A stretch of 58,347 bases of DNA from Candidatus Bathyarchaeota archaeon (GCA_043826455.1 JBDRQD010000038.1:1-58347); one strand, 5' to 3'; counted from the stretch's first letter, positions 48,146 to 56,906 are shown. Notes: a model not told the origin generated them from the letters alone. Program-made: numbers and translations.

Positions 48146-49309
48146 ATGTCATTATTATTGATTGTTATGGAGGTCAGGGCGTTCCGTTTAAACCAGAACG
48201 ACAGATTTGACATGTATCTAAGCGTCATGAATGCTCAGTTTCTCACATCAAGGATACGCGTTAACACATGGAGACCTAATAACAGCCAAGGATATCAGAG
48301 AGAACTCGATGATTCCAGATTTGAATGGAGTCAAAAGTCTTTACTTAAATATATGATTAAGGGCCTGGGGATCTTCCCCAACTCCATAATAGTGAATGTG
48401 AGAGAACCCTTAAAATTTAACGAAGAAAGCGCCCTCCTCGATAACTGTTTGTACGGGACCCTTGACATCGGAGAATCAGAATTTTGGTTGATAGATGGCC
48501 AGCATAGGCTCAATATTGTAAAGGAGTTATTTGGTACAAATGTTAGTTATTACACTTATCCTTTTATCGTGACTATTTTAAACACACCTGACCCTTACAT
48601 TGAATTGCTGAATTTCTATTTTATCCACAATAGACAACAAACAATTACAACAAACATTAAAGATAAATTATTAAGCACTATGATGTCATTAAAGGGTTTT
48701 GATGAGATACGCGAATTAGAAGGAGAGTACAGCTATAAAAGATCATATGCTTTTGAGATTGTTAATAGGCTCAATGCGGACCCAGACTCCGTGTTCGTTG
48801 GTAGGATAGGTTACTCAATTAATGATAATAAAGAACAAGTGATCATTGAGCACCATAAAATGATAAATTCATTAATGCCCTTAATGAACAACATCGTTTT
48901 TCATGGATTAGCACTCCAAGAAATTGCTGACAACTTAAAAAAATACTGGGATGGAATATACCAGGTTTATCCAGAAATATTTGAGGCCCCGCATGAATAT
49001 GTTATATTAACTGAAAAGGGGGTGACTTTATTTCACAAATTGTACATATCTGTATATGGGGACATTAGTAAAGGGGGTGAAGTATCCACATCAAAAGTAG
49101 AAGAATTATTCGAGAGATTATTTAATGAGACTCCTGATCATAGCGTTGAAGAGTTTAAAGAGAGGTTAAATGACACGTTTTGGCATAAAAAATATGGGCC
49201 AGATCTTATAAGAAAAATGAGTGCTAGAGATATAAATAAGATGCTTGAATGTTTGTTAGAGAAACTTTACGTAGATAATAAAGAAAAAATATTTTTAAAA
49301 ACCCGCTAA
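48146..49309 (+). CDS. DGQHR-domain (DndB/ParB-like) protein
   Basis: 'YQRELD', 'FPNSII', 'IDGQHR'; AT-rich. Confidence 0.88.
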   Translation: MSLLLIVMEVRAFRLNQNDRFDMYLSVMNAQFLTSRIRVNTWRPNNSQGYQRELDDSRFEWSQKSLLKYMIKGLGIFPNSIIVNVREPLKFNEESALLDNCLYGTLDIGESEFWLIDGQHRLNIVKELFGTNVSYYTYPFIVTILNTPDPYIELLNFYFIHNRQQTITTNIKDKLLSTMMSLKGFDEIRELEGEYSYKRSYAFEIVNRLNADPDSVFVGRIGYSINDNKEQVIIEHHKMINSLMPLMNNIVFHGLALQEIADNLKKYWDGIYQVYPEIFEAPHEYVILTEKGVTLFHKLYISVYGDISKGGEVSTSKVEELFERLFNETPDHSVEEFKERLNDTFWHKKYGPDLIRKMSARDINKMLECLLEKLYVDNKEKIFLKTR

Positions 49310-49337
49310 TAATGGTTTAAAATATTAATACATTTAT

Positions 49338-49505
49338 TTATATTTCTTCGCTTTCGATTTCAAAAAGCTTGTCGATGATAGCTTCATTGATGAAGTCGTT
49401 AATGTTTTTCCATCTTCCTTTAGTTATATGATGTAAGATTCTATTATAGTATAAAGTTTGTAAAAATATAGGTATGTATATCTTATCATCCTGTTTGTCG
49501 GACAT
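49338..49505 (-). CDS. 55-aa ribbon-helix-helix-like protein (not in ORF track)
   Basis: Hand translation MSDKQDDKIYIPIFLQTLYYNRILHHITKGRWKNINDFINEAIIDKLFEIESEEI. Confidence 0.6.
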   Translation of the reverse strand: MSDKQDDKIYIPIFLQTLYYNRILHHITKGRWKNINDFINEAIIDKLFEIESEEI

Positions 49506-49855
49506 TAGCCCTTAAATTTTCTCATGGCGGCTTTAATTACATTTTTTAACTTAATTCAAATCTACCTAGATACAGATTTTATCTCCCTTAAGCCATAATG
49601 AAAAATATGATAAAATAGAAAATGGATTTGAGTTAAATTGTGGAAGCTTTTTACAATTCCAAGCCTTCGTTTTCCGTTTTTTCAATTGTTTTAACGAGGT
49701 CGCTGTTCTGTGTTTGTTCGAAACAGAACCACGAGTGTGATATCTCGAACTCAATATCATAAGCAGAAGCCGTATCTCGGTCATTTTCTATTAACCTGCA
49801 ATGGAATTAATAGAAAATTTTTGGCATATTATTTAATCTGATTTTTAAACATTAA

Positions 49856-50149
49856 TTATTGCGTTTGGTATCTATCAACAATTTCGTAGTCAATCGTATT
49901 TTTTATTTCATTATAATGTTCAAGAAATATAATGCCTTCCTGTGTAATAGAATATATGTTTATGCTGTAGCCATAATGTGCATCATTTTTTATAATTAAC
50001 CCTTTACTCAGTAATAGTTTGAATATTTTTTCACCTTTTCTCCACCCAATATTCAACCTTAATATTAGGTTTGTTTTTGTCGTATTTTTTTGGGTAACCT
50101 CTAAAGCATCAACGATTATGTCAATTTTACTTCTTTTTTTACTAATCAA
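49856..50149 (-). CDS. Winged-helix DNA-binding protein (archaeal HTH_45-like)
   Basis: 'KRSKIDIIVDAL...TKTNLI...LLLSKGLI...YSITQEG'. Confidence 0.8.
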   Translation of the reverse strand: MISKKRSKIDIIVDALEVTQKNTTKTNLILRLNIGWRKGEKIFKLLLSKGLIIKNDAHYGYSINIYSITQEGIIFLEHYNEIKNTIDYEIVDRYQTQ

Positions 50150-50408
50150 GTTTACACGGACCTTCCCCCAGATAAATTAAAATAATATTTTTTTATCATG
50201 ATTAACCAGCCCCGATTGAAGTGCCACCCCCCTTTCGCTCCTCAGACTCGCGGGCTACCGGTCCGAGATACATTCTTTCAATATATGTTGAAAGATGACA
50301 TGTAATTGTTTTTATTGCATATAAATGATTCTAAAAGTCTCGGCCTCTGGGGCTTCATTAGATACTTTTTCACTCTGTCAAGTCTGTCAAATTAGGCAGA
50401 ATCCTGAA

Positions 50409-50789
50409 TTAGATTACATCTAAAAGGGTTTTATAGATTTTATGAGTCTCCTCCGGATAGTCTCTTATCAAGCTCTTCAAAACCATCTTTACATAGTTCT
50501 TCTTGAACCCCGCCTCATTGCACATGCTTGTATAGATGCGACGATGACCTCCTTTGCCTAGGGCATCTGTGTAGTCCAGCACACCTTCATACACCATGGT
50601 GTTGAGGAAGAGAATGATAGCGCCCCTGCTGATAGTTTTCTCTTTTAGATCCTCGTTGACGTGCATCCAGACTTCGCAACTGCCCGCGCCCTTGTCGCCC
50701 AGCTGCCACAGGTATCTTAGGGCTGCCTCCTGGTAGTCTTTTAGTACTATTCCGATGTTTTTCTCATGGCTGTATATTTTCAGGGGCAT
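50409..50789 (-). CDS. BlaI/MecI/CopY-like winged-helix regulator (archaeal clade)
   Basis: 'ALRYLW...EVWMHV...ISRGAIILFLNTMV.EGVL...GKGGHRRIY'. Confidence 0.7.
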   Translation of the reverse strand: MPLKIYSHEKNIGIVLKDYQEAALRYLWQLGDKGAGSCEVWMHVNEDLKEKTISRGAIILFLNTMVYEGVLDYTDALGKGGHRRIYTSMCNEAGFKKNYVKMVLKSLIRDYPEETHKIYKTLLDVI

Positions 50790-51008
50790 TCCTAGTTATC
50801 TGTATACGTTACTTCACCCTCATATCGATGTGTATATCGTGACTTGAAACTAACACCCGGATATGGTCGTCACGGATGTTGGAACTAAGGCATAGTTTTT
50901 TTTCTTGGATTTTCAGACCCAATAAATCTTAAAGGGCCTGGTTACGTTGAGTAAAATTTACCCAATCAGAGGTTAGGAGCTCTGTTTTTTAAACATTACT
51001 GAGCTCTC

Positions 51009-52505
51009 TTACAGTTGGGCCATGGGTCTGGATACTTGGCTGGCATGGGCGGTTGACAGCGCCAGGGCCAGGGCCCAGAACCTGTCGTCGTGGGCGCCCT
51101 CAGGATGACTAAAATGTATCCTGCCTGACTTGGCCAGCTCATAGGTCGGAGCGTTAAGTTCTGTGAAAAGCTCCGGGTCGTAGGGCAGGTGCAGTAGAGG
51201 CCGCAGAGTCTGGGGGTTACCCTCGCCGCTGGTACACCCCTCCGGGCACGTAGTCGCCCACCTACCCTGAAGGTCCTCAACGCTGCCCACCCAGCCGCAG
51301 GCCGGACACTCGGCTGTCCTCATGGTCTCCTTGAGGGCCGTAGCCATGCTCTCCTTAGCGGTCTCCGTGAAGTTGACCCCAGTAACATTTCTGACGCCAG
51401 ACCGCTTCATGTCCTCCACTATGTAGTCTCCAACACCCGTCTGGTCGGCGTGAATGGATGCTATCCTATCCCAGTTGTCTTGAAGTCTGCGGAGGTACCC
51501 GATGACTGAGCCATAGGGGGTGTCCAGTGCGAACATGTGGAGGTGACACAGGTATGCGTGGGCGCCCTTCCTCTCCAGAACGGCCACTACGCTGTGGTCA
51601 CGTTTCTTGCCGAAGTCTACGCCGGCGTAGAATCGGCCCCGGTGCTTCTTCTCGGCCTTGAAGTAGCTGGCTTCACTGTCCTGGCAGAGGGCGATCAAGC
51701 TGGTGGGCAGCCACCTGTCGGCTTCCTCTGTCCACTCGCACAGCATCTCTCTTCGCCACCTGGCCGGGTCGCCCTGGAGCTGCTCTTTGATTGCTTCGAC
51801 GATGCCCGGCGTGAGGGGCCCGTTGGGGGGCAGGGCCTCCGTGTAGGGTACCTTGTGTCTGCTGAACCTGGTATAGGATGGGTCAGTGTGCATCCGGTGG
51901 AAGACGCTGTCAGTGTTCCAGGGGGTGCTCTCGGCGATGAGGTACCCGTCGGTGGTGTTGAGGGTGAAGAGGACGGCTGTGTAGAGGTCCTCGTCTTCGC
52001 GGATGAAGTTCATCTCCATCAGGTAGACGGCTTTGGCTGTGTGGCCTCTTATGGTCTCGGGTACGGGGGACTCGGCCAGTATCTCGGAGCCGTTCCTGAG
52101 CCTTATGACGGTGCGTAGGATGTTTTTCTCGCCTACGACGCGTTTGAAGAGGGCTTTGTCGTGGGCTTTCATTCGGTTGAGGTGGCTCTGGAGGTGCTTG
52201 AAGGCGATGTTCTTCACCTGGTCGTACTTGGGGGCGGTGACCAGGATGGTTGAGCCAGGATGCATGAGGGCGAGGTGGAGTATTTTGGCCATGCCGTTGA
52301 AGGTTTTGCCTGTCTGGCGGGCCTGTAGGTTGGCTATGAAGTGGCTCTGGTCGCGGAGGAAGGGGATCATGTACTGGTAGGGCTCGTACCGGAGCCAGCT
52401 CCTGCAGAACTCGACGGGGTCCTCGGGCACATTATGGTCCGGGGTCTGCTGATCTTCCAAGGCCCTTTTCAGTTTTTCCAGCTTCTGCCTTTGCCTTGAC
52501 TTCAT
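51009..52505 (-). CDS. terL: Terminase large subunit
   Basis: Walker A 'ARQTGKT', 'IRGHT', coupling motif 'ESTP', nuclease 'AGVDFG..RDHS', 'DQTGVG', 'HDDRFWALAL'. Confidence 0.92.
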   Translation of the reverse strand: MKSRQRQKLEKLKRALEDQQTPDHNVPEDPVEFCRSWLRYEPYQYMIPFLRDQSHFIANLQARQTGKTFNGMAKILHLALMHPGSTILVTAPKYDQVKNIAFKHLQSHLNRMKAHDKALFKRVVGEKNILRTVIRLRNGSEILAESPVPETIRGHTAKAVYLMEMNFIREDEDLYTAVLFTLNTTDGYLIAESTPWNTDSVFHRMHTDPSYTRFSRHKVPYTEALPPNGPLTPGIVEAIKEQLQGDPARWRREMLCEWTEEADRWLPTSLIALCQDSEASYFKAEKKHRGRFYAGVDFGKKRDHSVVAVLERKGAHAYLCHLHMFALDTPYGSVIGYLRRLQDNWDRIASIHADQTGVGDYIVEDMKRSGVRNVTGVNFTETAKESMATALKETMRTAECPACGWVGSVEDLQGRWATTCPEGCTSGEGNPQTLRPLLHLPYDPELFTELNAPTYELAKSGRIHFSHPEGAHDDRFWALALALSTAHASQVSRPMAQL

Positions 52506-52821
52506 CCACCATCCTCTCCAGCTCGGCCAGGCTCGCGTCGATGGTCTTCTCGTCGAAGCCTTCGGCGATGCTGTTCATTATCTGGGCGATGTAGGCGGCT
52601 ACTCGGGCCCACATCTGTCTCTGCTTTAGGCTGATGGGTACCTGTTTGTCTTTCACAGTCTGTGACTTGATCTCACCTTTTGCGATCATTATAGCTAGCT
52701 CGAACATGTCTTCTAGGCTACTGAGGGTTCTCTCACGCATCCTCTGCGTGTCGACTCTGATGATCCGTCTTAGGGTTACAATCCGGCTGGAAACTCGTTT
52801 TATCGTTGATTTTCTAGTCAT
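52432..52821 (-). CDS. Hypothetical helical protein, terminase small subunit candidate
   Basis: Basic N-terminus, helical, directly upstream of and overlapping terL; probable ATG at 52821. Confidence 0.5.
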   Translation of the reverse strand: MTRKSTIKRVSSRIVTLRRIIRVDTQRMRERTLSSLEDMFELAIMIAKGEIKSQTVKDKQVPISLKQRQMWARVAAYIAQIMNSIAEGFDEKTIDASLAELERMVDEVKAKAEAGKTEKGLGRSADPGP

Positions 52822-52865
52822 AACATGATACCCCCCCCTATTTTTTGGCGTTTCCAACTGTCATG

Positions 52866-54323
52866 TCATCCGCAAAGTGTTGAATCAGCTTCCCAGTCTT
52901 TACACCAGTAGAGGTATGCTTTGGTCTGGTTTAGGATGCTGAGGTTCTTCAGGGTGTAGGCTAGACTGGCGTCGTCCTGAACCTTGAGCCATGCCTCAAA
53001 TTCATCTCGCTTGACGTAGGCCGTCCTCTTTCTGGCCAGGCGCTTATAGTACGAGTTAGCCACCCCCAGGAGAACCTGGGATACTTGTGCCCGCTCTTCG
53101 CTCCCCCTTTTTTTTAGGACCTTGAGGTTGTGTGTTTTGCTGCCCATGAGGGCCGGGTTGAACCCCAGTCTCCGCAGCGCCTCCACCGCCTCCGGTATGG
53201 ATGGGTGGGGCTCCCTGGTGAGCATCAGCTTCATGCCGGCCTTCTCGGCGAAGCTGCTGTACTTTGCCATGACGGCGGTGAGCTCCACGTGGCGTTTGCC
53301 CTGAAGCCTGAGGGTCTCCGCGATGAGCCTGGCGCCCAGCCCGGTCGACCTGTACTTGGGGTGGACGATTACACGGCTGATGATAGTCCACTCGGCGTTG
53401 AGCTCGCTTAGGCGCGGCGTGTGGCCGACCGCCAGCTTTCGGCCGCTGCTGAAGACCGGTGGATAGGAGTAGACGATGACGCCGACCACGTGGCCGCTGT
53501 GCTCGGCTGCGTAGTAGCGTCGTGGGGCGGGGGCGTGTTCCTCCCGGTAATGGAGGTGGGCCAGCTGCCTGTACTCGTTGCTGTTGGATTCTCTTATCGT
53601 GATGTCCTTGGTGACTGAGCAGGTCCGTGCTTCCTCGTTGGGCCGGTACTCGATGTCGATGTCCTCGCCCCAGCCCTTCCTTATGAGGATGCTTGGGCTG
53701 AGGTCCTCCTCCAGGTCGGTGTGGGCGGTAGCCACGACGAGGGTTGAGCCGGTTCTCCTAGCCGTTTTCTGGGTGTTGTAGGCGACGATCCTGGCCGTCT
53801 CCCGGTCCAGGGTGCTGCAGAACTCGTCGCAAACCCAATACTTTTTCCCGGCTTCGATGAGCTGGGCTAGCCTGAACCTGTACCGCTGCCCCTCGCTTAA
53901 CTCCCCGTAGCATTTGAGGAATAGGTGGGCGTCGTTGAGGCCCACCCGGCTGAGGAGGCTAAGGGCCTCCTGGAAGGAGCTTCCTATTGCGTCGATGATG
54001 GGACCCGTTGGTGGATCGGGTAGCTCATCCATGGCCACAGCCTTTGAGCCCAAGTCTTCCCTTAGGGCCCTGATAAGCAGGGATTTTCCGCCTCCGCTGT
54101 CTCCGGTGACGTAGACCACATCCGATTCTCCGAGCCTCAGCTCGAAGTCCCTGTACACTGTGTGGGTCTTCTCCTCGTCGATCCCCAGGCCGAAGGCCTC
54201 TGCGACCGCCACGACCCTGTCGGTTAACGGGGGCTGGGCCTTGAAGCTGATGTCGTAGACGTAGCAGCCCCGGTCCCGGTCGTAGCGCCTTACGCGGCTC
54301 CGGCGGGCCCTGATGGTGGTCAT
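52866..54323 (-). CDS. ABC-type ATPase fused to GNAT acetyltransferase
   Basis: 'GDSGGGKS', 'LSEGQ', 'VCDEF', 'ATAH'; GNAT motif A 'ISRVIVHPKYRSTGLG'; no TM domain. Confidence 0.88.
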   Translation of the reverse strand: MTTIRARRSRVRRYDRDRGCYVYDISFKAQPPLTDRVVAVAEAFGLGIDEEKTHTVYRDFELRLGESDVVYVTGDSGGGKSLLIRALREDLGSKAVAMDELPDPPTGPIIDAIGSSFQEALSLLSRVGLNDAHLFLKCYGELSEGQRYRFRLAQLIEAGKKYWVCDEFCSTLDRETARIVAYNTQKTARRTGSTLVVATAHTDLEEDLSPSILIRKGWGEDIDIEYRPNEEARTCSVTKDITIRESNSNEYRQLAHLHYREEHAPAPRRYYAAEHSGHVVGVIVYSYPPVFSSGRKLAVGHTPRLSELNAEWTIISRVIVHPKYRSTGLGARLIAETLRLQGKRHVELTAVMAKYSSFAEKAGMKLMLTREPHPSIPEAVEALRRLGFNPALMGSKTHNLKVLKKRGSEERAQVSQVLLGVANSYYKRLARKRTAYVKRDEFEAWLKVQDDASLAYTLKNLSILNQTKAYLYWCKDWEADSTLCG

Positions 54324-54595
54324 GTCTGGCTCCTCCCCCAGACGGCCCCCACGATGGTTCCCACCACAAGCATGATGCCATTGAACACGTTGTCATTCCA
54401 CGTGCCCAGCCAGACAAGGTGAACTATCTCCAGCATCGTGAGGCCTACGAAGAAGACTATCATGAGGATGATTATTACGATGAACCTGTCCGAGGGCACC
54501 TCCTCCTGCACCTGGACCCGGCGCAAGGCGGAGCCCTCCCAGATGATCCTCCGGGTGAGGCAGCGTTTGAGGTATAGCTTAATACGCTCTAACAT
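54320..54595 (-). CDS. Small two-TM membrane protein
   Basis: Two hydrophobic helices; overlaps both neighbours. Confidence 0.7.
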   Translation of the reverse strand: MLERIKLYLKRCLTRRIIWEGSALRRVQVQEEVPSDRFIVIIILMIVFFVGLTMLEIVHLVWLGTWNDNVFNGIMLVVGTIVGAVWGRSQT

Positions 54596-55049
54596 TGACG
54601 CGCTCCTCCTTCCTCCGGTGCCTTCTCAGGCTGATCCTCCGGCCTAGAGCCTTGACCTCCCGGATCACAGTAGAGACCTCCTCCCTTGGCAGGATTAGGT
54701 AGACCTCCTCTACCAGCTCCACGGGTATCCTGGTGGCCCCCCACGTGTTGTCCACCTCCACCACGTCCTTGCCTACGATGAGCATTCGCCTGGTGCGGCC
54801 GCTTATGCCTAGGTAGAGGCCCCAGTCCTTGCAGGTGAATCCCTGGTCAGATTCGTGCTCAACTATGCTGGCCCGTATCTCGGACGCGTCCAGCCATCTA
54901 ACCATAATTAGGCTGCCCTTGGGGAGTGCGCCGTTCATGATCTCGTCGAGGTTCACTCTCCTGACTGATAAGCCCATAAGCCCAGAGGATTCGTCTTGAG
55001 CCTTTTCTTCGAGGTCCTTCATGTTTTTCCCCGCTGTTATTCCATTCAT
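54579..55049 (-). CDS. Hypothetical protein (viral module)
   Basis: 156-aa ORF overlapping the 2-TM gene; 'VRWLDAS...WGLYLG' beta-rich core. Confidence 0.7.
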   Translation of the reverse strand: MNGITAGKNMKDLEEKAQDESSGLMGLSVRRVNLDEIMNGALPKGSLIMVRWLDASEIRASIVEHESDQGFTCKDWGLYLGISGRTRRMLIVGKDVVEVDNTWGATRIPVELVEEVYLILPREEVSTVIREVKALGRRISLRRHRRKEERVNVRAY

Positions 55050-55370
55050 CTATTTTAATCAAAAACATCGGCATTATTTATACTATTTTTAGGGCACACA
55101 TTATATGTGTAAGATATAATATCACTCATTTAATATGTATAATTTTATGTTTATAATTTACGGGTAGTCATTAAATGTATTCTTAATAGTAAGTTCTTGA
55201 TTTTAGTATCTGTAGAAGTAGCAATAAGAAGTAGGAGTAGTAGTAATTGTTAAATCCTGAATAGGCGGCCGTAAAGAAAACAGATTCCACTTTCACCCGT
55301 CTCCCACCCTGAGATCAGTACGCCTGTTTTAAAACTTGAAAACCGTATTCCGCCAACCAGGTAGCCCCAG

Positions 55371-56735
55371 TTGAGATTCTTAACAATAGGTTTAGGTCAC
55401 TGCGGAGGCAAAATCGCGTCCGCGTTCAAAGCATCAGCCATGAAGGAACAGCACCTCGTAATGGATGTCTGCGGTATAAACACCGACAAAACGGACCTCG
55501 CATCACACCGGGAGATACCCGAGGAAAACAAGCTTCTCGTGGGGTCAGGAAAAGGGGCGGCCAAGGACTGGAGTGAGGGCTTCCACGCGGGCAGCGAGGC
55601 CAGAAACAACATACACAACATGGTGAGGAAGGTTCTCCACCCTGAGACGGACATCGTGATGCTGGCTCTAGGCGAGGGCGGGGGCAGCGGCTCAGGGCTA
55701 GCGCCCGTCGTCGCCGAGGTAGTGGGGGACCTGGGGAGAGACTGCATGGTGTTGGCTACTCTTCCCTTTCAGATGGAGAGCGTTAAGGCCAAGGTAAACG
55801 CGGCCAAGGGCCTTGACCTTCTGTACAGGGAGGAGACGGTGAAGGCGTTGATACTCATTGACAACGACAAGATCGTGGCCCACTACCCTGATAAGGTTCT
55901 CACCGACGCCTACTCGGAGGTCAACAATACGGCCATAGACACCTTCGTTAACCTCCTGAAACTGGCGAACACCCCCAGTCAGGCGGACCGTGTAGACGAG
56001 TCAGAGCTGCGTAGCATGCTCAGTTACCCGGGTTTCGCCACCCTGGCCAACTACAGGACCTACGCTAACATGGTGGGCAGCCTTGACTCGATGCTCCAGC
56101 ACAGCTGGGAGGGAAGCCTCTTCGCTGACGTTGACCACAACACCGCGGCGGGGGCCCTGCTGGGCGTTTATGGGCCAAGCAGCATGTTTACAACTATACA
56201 GGTTGACAACGCGCGGCGCGTCCTCAAGGAGATGCTTGTGGGGAAGGACGCAACTTTGGGCTTGTACCCTGTGGATCACTGCAGATGGATAAGCTATGTA
56301 GGTATGATCACGGGCCTCGATGTACCAAAGAAAGTCAGAGAGCTACTGAGCGCCGCCCGGAGCGAGCGAGAACACCACGAGGAGGTGGTGGAGGCTAGGA
56401 GATCCCAGAAAGCTTTAGGGCTAGGCTTCGACCTCCGTGCAAAAACAGATACCCCTCCCCAATTCGAGACGCTGACGATTCCGGCGCATGTGATTGATCT
56501 GGAGGCCAAAGCTGCCTCAGCTATGGACAGCCGAAGAGACATCTCTGGGCACCTTCAGGAGGCCTTGAACGTTATCAAGGGTTTGAGGCGGCGGGAGATG
56601 ACGGACTTTGAGATGGTGGAAGAGATCCGGAGGCGTGTGGACATTAGTGAAGAGGAGGCAGCCATGTGCATACTTCATCTGAAAGATGTGGGTAACATAG
56701 TTCAGCCCCGTGCGGGATTGCTCAAAGTTATTTAG
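55371..56735 (+). CDS. Tubulin/FtsZ-superfamily GTPase (CetZ/TubZ-like) with C-terminal winged-helix-like domain
   Basis: T1 'GLGHCGGKI', 'INTD', 'GKGAAKD', T4 'GGGSGSG', 'TLPF', 'IDND', T7 'VDESE'. Confidence 0.9.
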   Translation: MRFLTIGLGHCGGKIASAFKASAMKEQHLVMDVCGINTDKTDLASHREIPEENKLLVGSGKGAAKDWSEGFHAGSEARNNIHNMVRKVLHPETDIVMLALGEGGGSGSGLAPVVAEVVGDLGRDCMVLATLPFQMESVKAKVNAAKGLDLLYREETVKALILIDNDKIVAHYPDKVLTDAYSEVNNTAIDTFVNLLKLANTPSQADRVDESELRSMLSYPGFATLANYRTYANMVGSLDSMLQHSWEGSLFADVDHNTAAGALLGVYGPSSMFTTIQVDNARRVLKEMLVGKDATLGLYPVDHCRWISYVGMITGLDVPKKVRELLSAARSEREHHEEVVEARRSQKALGLGFDLRAKTDTPPQFETLTIPAHVIDLEAKAASAMDSRRDISGHLQEALNVIKGLRRREMTDFEMVEEIRRRVDISEEEAAMCILHLKDVGNIVQPRAGLLKVI

Positions 56736-56870
56736 GTTCCCGAATAAGAGTGTGAGAGAACCAGTCTCCTTCATCCATCTTCAATTGATGTGAGGTAGCT
56801 ATCCCAATAAGAATAACGAATTATTGAATCCGCCCGCGCGCAGATCCAATGAGCCATTCTGGAAAAGTTA

Positions 56871-56883
56871 GAAAAGTATATAA
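56871..56883 (+). promoter_or_regulatory. BRE/TATA promoter of the vapBC operon (leaderless)
   Basis: gaaaagtatataa about 25 nt upstream of ATG 56907. Confidence 0.55.
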
Positions 56884-56906
56884 TGACGGAAAACCCAACA
56901 ACACAT

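Noticed and set aside
49566..49830. 72-aa ORF 49566-49784 and an overlapping interrupted frame
   Set aside because: No recognisable motif; cannot be distinguished from non-coding or decayed sequence.
50225..50255. Hammerhead-like CTGAGGA...GAAA on the minus strand
   Set aside because: Only two nucleotides separate the core boxes, so there is no stem II, and stems I and III do not form convincingly.
52866..54323. ABC transporter ATP-binding subunit
   Set aside because: No permease or binding protein nearby; it is fused to a GNAT domain within a terminase operon.
55371..56735. Calling the tubulin-family gene ftsZ
   Set aside because: It lacks the FtsZ T7 consensus and division-gene context, so no gene symbol was assigned.
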